A program made the translations under genes and the position numbers. A model generated the notes under the pieces. The model made no database searches, had not been told where the DNA came from, and saw only the letters and a program-made list of their open reading frames with translations. Positions 57,283 to 64,000 of a stretch of 64,000 nucleotides of DNA are shown piece after piece (the first letter of the stretch is position 1; each line of letters opens with the position of its first letter). This stretch comes from Candidatus Cloacimonadales bacterium (GTDB lineage: Bacteria > Cloacimonadota > Cloacimonadia > Cloacimonadales > JAIOQZ01), in the NCBI GenBank assembly GCA_963662655.2, contig CAXXTU010000002.1, positions 3,168,001-3,232,000 on the forward strand, given 5' to 3'.

Positions 57283-60122
57283 GACTGACTCCCGAAATGA
57301 TTGGTTCTGAACCACCCCGCCACCATGTCAACCAGCTCCACCGGGTTGGAAGCGTTCCTCAGCCTGGTTGGCGTTATCTGTTTGAAGAATTTGCCATAGT
57401 ACTTCGTTTCGACCCTCGTATCGAGAATCAATACAACGCCGCGGTCAGTTTTGTGGCGGATCAGACGACCGAATCCCTGGCGGTATTTCAGGAGTGCGTT
57501 CGGCAGCATGTAGTGCATGAAGGAGTCCTTGCCGTCATCCTTGAGCTTCTCGATGTAGGCTTCCACGATCGGCTCCGAAGGAACCTGGAATGGCAGCTTG
57601 TAGAGGATGAGGAGCGAAAGGGATTTCCCCTGCACGTCCACGCCTTCCCAGAACGAGGAAGTGCCCAGCAGCACGGCGTTTCCGTGCTCGCGGAACTGGT
57701 CCAGCATCGCGCTGCGGTTAAGTCCCTTGCCCTGCGCAAACATGACCACGTTGTTCTGGTACATGACCTCGCCAAGGTTTTCATACATCTGGTTCAGATC
57801 CTTGTAGGAGGTGAACAGCACCATGGAGCCAACACGCGAAGCGAGTAGCGTCTCTTTGATGAGCGTGGTGGCCTGATTGCCGAAAAACCGGTCGGTGTGC
57901 TCGGGCAGGAATCCCGCGACGCAAACTTCCGTCTGCTTCTCGTAGTCAAAAGGCGAGGGAACGACCAACTCGCGGATGTCTCTCGTCTCGACGAGGGAGA
58001 TTCCCATGCGGGTCGAAAAGTATTTGAAGGAGCCCCTCAGCGCGAGGGTTGCCGAAGTGAAAACGATGGTCGGGACGCGATCGTACAGAAGCGAGTTAAG
58101 CTTCTCGTCCACATCCAGGGGCGCGAAATTGAGAATGCCGTTCGGCACCTCCGGGTCCTTCGCGTAAAAGGACGAGAGCCAGAAAACGGTCTTGCTGAAG
58201 TCGGGTTGCTGGAGCAGCTCGAAGGTTTGCAGGAACTCCTTGCAGCGATCGATTGCCCCATCCAGATGCGTCATGTGGGTGTCGTATTCCACGAAGCTCT
58301 CGTGCGGGACATCCACCAGCGCGTCGCGCAGGGTTTGAAGCTCGTTGCGCAGGGTTCTGAAGAACTGGATCAGCTTGCCCATTTCGCTGTTCAGGAACGG
58401 GTATTCGTTGTTGTCCCGCACGCGCAGCTTTCCGTAGGATCCCTTTTTGTCGACCACCCGTCCCGTTTCCTGGAACAGAACCGGCAGGTCGTCGAAAGAA
58501 AGCGATCGCTGGATTTCCTCAATCTTCGCGTGGACGTATTCCTTGGTGGTTTGGTCGATCCTGCTCTTCGCGAGGGCTGCCTTGAGCTGCGGAAGCGAAC
58601 CGCCCTGGAACCGGCTGCGCTGGGAGTAGAGCTGCCGGATGAAGTAGGTGACATCCATGTGCCCAAGGGAGATTCCCAGATGGCTCGACGCGATGTCCGG
58701 CAGGTTGTGGGCCTCGTCGATGATGAGCTTGTCGTATTCTCCGAGCGTCGCGTTGTTGGAGAGGAGGTCGGAGAGCATGAGCGAGTGGTTGACGATCACG
58801 ATGTTGGCGTTTTCCGACGCCTTGCGTATCCTCATCAGATAGCATCGCTTGTACGCGCCGCACTTCCTTCCGTTGCAGAAATGCCGTTCGGTGCAGGTCT
58901 TGCGCCATACGGAGCCGAAGCGTGAGCGACTGAAAGCGCTGTTCTCCGAGACGTCGCCGGTCTTGGTGTAGTGCATCCACACTTCGAGCAGAAGCAGCCC
59001 GTCCGCGTCGAACGATGAAAGCGCACCCGGGATGTCGAAATGCAGCTCGTCCCATTTGCGCTGGCACACATAGTTGTCGCGTCCCTTGAGAATCACCGCC
59101 GAGAAGGGGATATCCACACTCTCCATGACCTGGGGTAGGTCCTTGTTGAAGAGCTGCTCTTGCAGGTTCTTGGTGTTTGTTGTGACAACGACTTTGCCTC
59201 TTTTATCGTGGGTATGGCGGATGGATGGAATCAGGTACGCGAGGGATTTCCCGACGCCCGTTCCCGCTTCGACCAGCAGGTATTCCTTTTCACGGAAAGC
59301 TTGCTCCACCGCGTGCGCCATTTCCACCTGGCCCTCGCGGAGTTCGTAACCTTCGAACGTATTCGCGAATCTTCCGCCTGTCCCGAAGATGGCTTCGATC
59401 GTGCTGAACTGCGTCTCATCCGGCTTGTGCGAGAGGATGTTGTCTGGAATCGTGAACGGGTGCTTCTTGGATTTCTGCAGGAGCGCGTACTTGCGCTGGT
59501 GATCCACGATTTGCTTGAGAAATCCCGCCGATTCCCTTCCTGCAGCCTCCAGGAGCTGCGCGATGGTGTTGTTCAGCTTGAGCGGAATGACGTTCAATAT
59601 CAGATCGGTGAGTTTGGCGAAAAGCTGTGCCGTCGCCCGGGCATCGTGGATCGCGCGGTGCGCGGATTCGATTTCGATGCCGAAGAATTCGCATACGGTA
59701 CCGAGCTTCTGGTCGCGAATAAACGGCAGGTAGATTCTGGCTAGTTCCAGCGTGTCCCGCGTGGGGTTGAAAAGCTTCGGCTGGCCAATTCTCTCCAGGT
59801 GGTGATTGATGAAACCGACATCGAAGGGCGTGTTGTGACACACGACCGGCGCATCGCCCAGAAACGCCTGCAAGCGTCTCAACGCTTGCTCGACAGGCAG
59901 GCCGGAAGCAAGCTGCGCGTCCGTGATGTGCGTGAGTACCTTGATGAAATTCGGTACGGGTCCCTGGGGCTTGACGAACTCGGAGAATTCCTCGGTCACA
60001 TCGCCGTTAACAACACGAATCGCCGCGATTTCGATGATCTCGTCATCGCGGGGATCAAGCCCGGTTGTTTCGATATCAAGCGTGATGAAGTGGGAGATCA
60101 ACTCAAAGTTTATCGAGTCCAT
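57279..60122 (-). CDS. dinG: DinG-family helicase with an N-terminal DnaQ/DEDDh exonuclease
   Basis: LDIETTG, HN..FD, HRA..DA; EAGTGVGKS, Fe-S cysteines, DEAH, FTSATL, SFWEGVDV, QGFGRLIR. Confidence 0.93.
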   Translation of the reverse strand: MDSINFELISHFITLDIETTGLDPRDDEIIEIAAIRVVNGDVTEEFSEFVKPQGPVPNFIKVLTHITDAQLASGLPVEQALRRLQAFLGDAPVVCHNTPFDVGFINHHLERIGQPKLFNPTRDTLELARIYLPFIRDQKLGTVCEFFGIEIESAHRAIHDARATAQLFAKLTDLILNVIPLKLNNTIAQLLEAAGRESAGFLKQIVDHQRKYALLQKSKKHPFTIPDNILSHKPDETQFSTIEAIFGTGGRFANTFEGYELREGQVEMAHAVEQAFREKEYLLVEAGTGVGKSLAYLIPSIRHTHDKRGKVVVTTNTKNLQEQLFNKDLPQVMESVDIPFSAVILKGRDNYVCQRKWDELHFDIPGALSSFDADGLLLLEVWMHYTKTGDVSENSAFSRSRFGSVWRKTCTERHFCNGRKCGAYKRCYLMRIRKASENANIVIVNHSLMLSDLLSNNATLGEYDKLIIDEAHNLPDIASSHLGISLGHMDVTYFIRQLYSQRSRFQGGSLPQLKAALAKSRIDQTTKEYVHAKIEEIQRSLSFDDLPVLFQETGRVVDKKGSYGKLRVRDNNEYPFLNSEMGKLIQFFRTLRNELQTLRDALVDVPHESFVEYDTHMTHLDGAIDRCKEFLQTFELLQQPDFSKTVFWLSSFYAKDPEVPNGILNFAPLDVDEKLNSLLYDRVPTIVFTSATLALRGSFKYFSTRMGISLVETRDIRELVVPSPFDYEKQTEVCVAGFLPEHTDRFFGNQATTLIKETLLASRVGSMVLFTSYKDLNQMYENLGEVMYQNNVVMFAQGKGLNRSAMLDQFREHGNAVLLGTSSFWEGVDVQGKSLSLLILYKLPFQVPSEPIVEAYIEKLKDDGKDSFMHYMLPNALLKYRQGFGRLIRHKTDRGVVLILDTRVETKYYGKFFKQITPTRLRNASNPVELVDMVAGWFRTNHFGSQS

Positions 60123-63100
60123 ACCGTTTCATTTTCTTGATGAGTCCCTGCCTGCTGAGGCCGAGATCCTTGGATGCCTGCGTCTGGTTGTAGCTCCTGG
60201 TTTCCAGTGCGTTGACGATCATCTTACGCTCGATTTCCTCGACGGCTTCCTTGAGCGTGGTTTTGCCCAGGAGGTCTACAGTCTCGGCGTTCTCGGCGTA
60301 CTTGAACACTTCCTCGGAGAGGTCGGACGGCTTGATGAACGCGTCGTTCTCGGCCAGCGTCACCGCACGCTCGATTTCGTTCTCGAGCTGGCGGATGTTT
60401 CCGGGCCAGTCGCAGTTCTGCAGGTACTTCATCGCTTCGTCGGTGATTCCCAGGACGTTCTTGGTCATTTTCTTGTTGTATTTATCCAGGAAGTGGATTC
60501 CCAGAAGCGGAATATCCGATTTACGATCCTTGAGCGACGGGACCCTGATCTTGATCACGTTAAGGCGGTAATAGAGGTCGAGACGGAACTCGCCCGATTT
60601 CACCTTGTCGCTCAGCAGGACGTTGGTTGCGCAGATCACACGAACATCGACCTTGGTTGTCTTGGTGGAGCCAACGCGCTTGATCTCTCCTTCCTGAAGG
60701 AATCGCAGGAGCTTGGCCTGCGTGGAGAGGCTGATGTCGGCGATTTCATCCAGGAAGAACGTACCGCCGTCCGCAATCTCGAAAAGCCCCTTCTTGTCGT
60801 ACGCGGCACCGGTGAATGCGCCCTTAACGTGACCGAAGAGCTCGCTTTCGAGCAGGGTTTCCGGAAGCGCGCCGCAGTATTGCGCCACGAACTTCTTGTT
60901 GCGGCGATTGCTGGTATAATGGATCGCCCGGGCGATGAGTTCCTTGCCGGTACCGCTGGAACCTTCCAGCAGAACGGTGGTCGGCGTGTTCTTGATTTTA
61001 TCGATAACCTGGAAAATCTCCTGCATCTTCTCGCTCTTTCCAATGATGTTGGTGAACCAGTTTGCAGCGTTGAGCTCTTCGCGGATGATCGCATGCGATT
61101 TTGCCAGATTGCTGTGTCGAATGTTCTCGATGATGACCACGATCTGGTTGCAGAGCGCGCTCATCAGGTTATACATCTTCTCGGTGAAGTAGTGGCTGCC
61201 GTGCATGCTGAACAGGAGTACCACGCCGAGGATATTGTTTCTGATAATGAGCGGGAAGGAAATGATGTTGTTGAACTGCGGCGCTTCATGGGGCTGCTTG
61301 ATGTTCATACCTTGAGAGGAAGTGAACGTCTCCTGAATATATTGCAACAGGATATCGTATTCCTCGTTATCGCTGGAGAAATGCTTGAAGATCAGGTACT
61401 CCCACGATTCCGGGGTGGAGCTGCTGTTGTAGAGCGAGAGAATTCCTCCGTCCGCCTCGGAGAGGCTGACCAGGTTATCCAGCGCGGAATCGAGCAGGAC
61501 ATCGAAATCGGAGATCGTGTTCAGCTTCTGCGTGATTTCGTAGAAGCGGTTGAGCAGCGATTCCTGACTGCGGCTCTCCTTGAGCTCGATGGCGTGTTCT
61601 TTGGTGATCTTCTGGATCAAGATGTCGTTCTGCTCCAGGAATTTGATGGTGTCGAAGTCCTTCACGATCTTCTTGTTGTTCTGGAGAATCTCTAGCGCTT
61701 GTTCCCACTCCTGCTTCTCGAAGAGAATCTGCGCGTATTCGTAGTTGGCTTGGGCGAGTTCGAAATGGTTCTTGGTCTCGATGAAAATCTCTATCGCCTT
61801 TTTCAGATAATCCTGCGCAACTTCGATGTTCTTCCTCTCCAGGAGAGCCATGAGATAGTAGGAGTTGCCGATCTCGAAGCGATTGTTGATCGCCTCCGCC
61901 ATCTTGATGGAGTGTTCCAGGTAGTAGACGGCGCTTTCGTAATTGCGCGTCTGGATGAAGTAATACGCCTGCTTCTGGCACGCTTCGATCATCGATTTGT
62001 CTTTGCTGTGGATGCTCTTGAAGAAATCGTAGCTTTCAACCAGGTAGGCGTACGCTTTACCGTATTTGTGCAGGTGTGTCAGGATGCTTCCGAGGTTGCC
62101 GTAGAGCTCGGCCTTCAGAATTTCGTCTTGCAGTTCGGGGACAATCTCCAATCCCTTGAAGTAGAGGTCGTATGCCATGGTATATTCGCCGCGTTTTTCG
62201 TACACAGCGCCAAGATTGTTGTAGGACCGGCACAGTCCGTCGAGGAAATCGTTCTCCTTGGAGCGCTCGACAGCATTCTCGTAATATTCGATCGCCCTGG
62301 ACCAGTTGCCCGACTTGAAGTAAAGCGCTCCGAGGTTGTTCAGCGCGCTGATCAGATTGCGGGTCAGGTTGAAGGTCAAGGCGGTTTCCATGGACAGGTT
62401 GTATGCCTCGATCGCCTTGTCGAACTCGGCGTTGTTCATGTAGGTTACGCCAATATTGTTGTATATGTTGGTGATGTTGTAGCGATCGCTCAGCATCTTC
62501 TGTATATGCAACGCCTTGTAAAGGTAGTCCAGCGACTGGATATAGTCGCCCTTATCCTCGAGTAGAGCTCCGAGGTTGTTGTAGCACACGGAGATTCCGT
62601 TCAGGTTGAAGCGCTGCTGCTCCTGGTGGAGGCTTTTCTCGTAAAATTCCTGGGTCTTGTCCCATTCCCCTTGAAGATAAGCGATGACGCCGATGTTGTT
62701 GCTGATCGCGGCTATCCCCTCCAAGTTGTTGGCCTTGGCGTAGAAGCGTTCGGCTTCCTTGTAAATCATTTCAGCCTTTTCCCACTGGTTGCTGCTGTAA
62801 AACACCTTGCCGCGAAGCTTTTTGATATCGGCGTTCAGGTTCAGCTTGACCTGCTCGTTTTTGATCTGGGCGGCGGTTTCCTGCGCTTCGTCCAATTGGA
62901 GAATGGAATCTTCGAACTTCTCGAGGCCGATCAGGATATCCGACTGAAGCAGCAACATCTTGCATTTCCAGTATGGATCGGTTGCGTTCCCCTGATACTT
63001 GCGGATAATCTCGAGAGCGAAAGAGGAGGAATTGATCGAGAACAGGCTGTCCGCCAGGCGGAACACAATCTCTTCTGCTGGCAATTGATGCGCGGTGCAA

Positions 63101-64000
63101 AGCTTGAGAGCCTGCCGGAAATACTCGGCGGAAGCTTCGTTGCGATTCAGGTAGCGATTGACGATACCAAGGTTGTTGTGGATTTCCACCAACTTCGACG
63201 GCTGGCTGTGCGTGCCGAGCATCGCGTTGTATATTTCCCGGAGATTCTCGAGGTCCACGATCTTTCGAAGATAGGTTACGATGGGCTCCCACAGCTTGGC
63301 GTTGTATTCACCCGCCATGTACTGGTAGTATGCCTTGTTGTGAGGGGAAAGCTCCAGTTTGTCGGCGTTCTTGAGAATGTTTCGTATCGCCTTTTTCTTG
63401 ATTTCCTGCGTCATGCTCTTGAAGAAGTACTTGAAGAACACGGCTTTGCGGATCATGTAGCGATCGTCTTTCTTGCGAATGATATCGTTTTCGATCAGCT
63501 TGTCCAGATCCGATTGAGTATGCTTGCACAATAGTTGGAGTCGCTCGTCGGTGGCGTTTTGATCCATGAGGAAGGTGTAGATCGCCAGGTCGAGCTGCTT
63601 GGGATTCAGCGATTCGGTAAGGACGCTGTGTATGGTCTGGGTCGTGATTTTCTCGTCGAGATACTTGGAGAGGTCAAAGGCCTTGGGCTTGCCTTTCTCG
63701 AAGAACCGGTTGAGAAAATGCTCCAGGATAAAGATGTTGCCGTCAGTCAGGTTGTGCAGGATTTCGGCTTTCGATGCGGTCTTGGCGTCCTCATCGGGGA
63801 ATAGGTTTTCGATAACCTGCTTGATGTGATCCGCCGACAGGAAGCTGAGGGTTATTTTATTCGAGAACGGGAAAGTTTCATGGTTTGTAAATGTAACGAA
63901 ATGGATTTTACGATCGTGTGCATATTGAATAAAATACTGAATGAAGTCGATCGTGTATTGATCCAGCAGATTGCAATTATCGATGAGGATGAGCTGAGAG
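60103..64000 (-). CDS. Sigma54-dependent activator with a STAND-like N-terminus, TPR array, GAF, AAA+ and HTH (5' end beyond the window)
   Basis: The frame stays open from 63999 (SQLILIDNCNLLD...LHNLTDGNIFIL); many TPRs; GAF-like segment; GSSGTGKE, GAFTGA, FLDEI, WPGNIRQL, HTH. Confidence 0.9.
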   Translation of the reverse strand, partial: SQLILIDNCNLLDQYTIDFIQYFIQYAHDRKIHFVTFTNHETFPFSNKITLSFLSADHIKQVIENLFPDEDAKTASKAEILHNLTDGNIFILEHFLNRFFEKGKPKAFDLSKYLDEKITTQTIHSVLTESLNPKQLDLAIYTFLMDQNATDERLQLLCKHTQSDLDKLIENDIIRKKDDRYMIRKAVFFKYFFKSMTQEIKKKAIRNILKNADKLELSPHNKAYYQYMAGEYNAKLWEPIVTYLRKIVDLENLREIYNAMLGTHSQPSKLVEIHNNLGIVNRYLNRNEASAEYFRQALKLCTAHQLPAEEIVFRLADSLFSINSSSFALEIIRKYQGNATDPYWKCKMLLLQSDILIGLEKFEDSILQLDEAQETAAQIKNEQVKLNLNADIKKLRGKVFYSSNQWEKAEMIYKEAERFYAKANNLEGIAAISNNIGVIAYLQGEWDKTQEFYEKSLHQEQQRFNLNGISVCYNNLGALLEDKGDYIQSLDYLYKALHIQKMLSDRYNITNIYNNIGVTYMNNAEFDKAIEAYNLSMETALTFNLTRNLISALNNLGALYFKSGNWSRAIEYYENAVERSKENDFLDGLCRSYNNLGAVYEKRGEYTMAYDLYFKGLEIVPELQDEILKAELYGNLGSILTHLHKYGKAYAYLVESYDFFKSIHSKDKSMIEACQKQAYYFIQTRNYESAVYYLEHSIKMAEAINNRFEIGNSYYLMALLERKNIEVAQDYLKKAIEIFIETKNHFELAQANYEYAQILFEKQEWEQALEILQNNKKIVKDFDTIKFLEQNDILIQKITKEHAIELKESRSQESLLNRFYEITQKLNTISDFDVLLDSALDNLVSLSEADGGILSLYNSSSTPESWEYLIFKHFSSDNEEYDILLQYIQETFTSSQGMNIKQPHEAPQFNNIISFPLIIRNNILGVVLLFSMHGSHYFTEKMYNLMSALCNQIVVIIENIRHSNLAKSHAIIREELNAANWFTNIIGKSEKMQEIFQVIDKIKNTPTTVLLEGSSGTGKELIARAIHYTSNRRNKKFVAQYCGALPETLLESELFGHVKGAFTGAAYDKKGLFEIADGGTFFLDEIADISLSTQAKLLRFLQEGEIKRVGSTKTTKVDVRVICATNVLLSDKVKSGEFRLDLYYRLNVIKIRVPSLKDRKSDIPLLGIHFLDKYNKKMTKNVLGITDEAMKYLQNCDWPGNIRQLENEIERAVTLAENDAFIKPSDLSEEVFKYAENAETVDLLGKTTLKEAVEEIERKMIVNALETRSYNQTQASKDLGLSRQGLIKKMKRYGLDKL

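Noticed and set aside
59923..63534. 590-, 288- and 302-aa plus-strand ORFs
   Set aside because: Antisense shadows of the sigma54 activator and dinG

Overview
This 64-kb bacterial window has three parts. The host is inferred to be a diderm FCB-group anaerobe, most like Cloacimonadota, from protein style only. (1) 1-23.4 kb: a 7014-aa secreted cadherin/Ig-repeat adhesin ends in a T9SS type-B (CHU_C-like) C-terminal domain. It is followed by a PorP/SprF-like barrel protein that also carries Ig domains, a Pro/Glu spacer and a C-terminal transmembrane anchor. (2) 23451-45451: a roughly 22-kb mosaic region is bounded by TGT...ACA imperfect inverted ends with repeated AATGTCAAAT boxes. It holds relics of a Mu-like transposase and phage genes, a TPR-sigma54 activator with a sigma54 promoter and three palindromic UAS candidates upstream of a LamG/FG-GAP surface protein, IS3 remnants, a 2.2-kaa beta-helix repeat protein, and an apparently intact IS3 inserted in the right end. 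(3) 45.5-64 kb: a methyltransferase-lpoB-COG3014-LPP20 cluster, a six-gene operon, then macro-domain, DinG-exonuclease and STAND-TPR-GAF-sigma54 genes. The six-gene operon is the best candidate for a new system. It encodes four Sec/lipoprotein-exported ferredoxin-domain proteins (12 [4Fe-4S]-type motifs, one protein with ferredoxins at both ends of an 8xFN3 stalk), an outer-membrane beta-barrel and a DsbD/CcdA-like membrane protein, which could form a heme-free, Fe-S-based trans-envelope electron conduit. All family assignments come from motif recognition by eye; no database searches were run.
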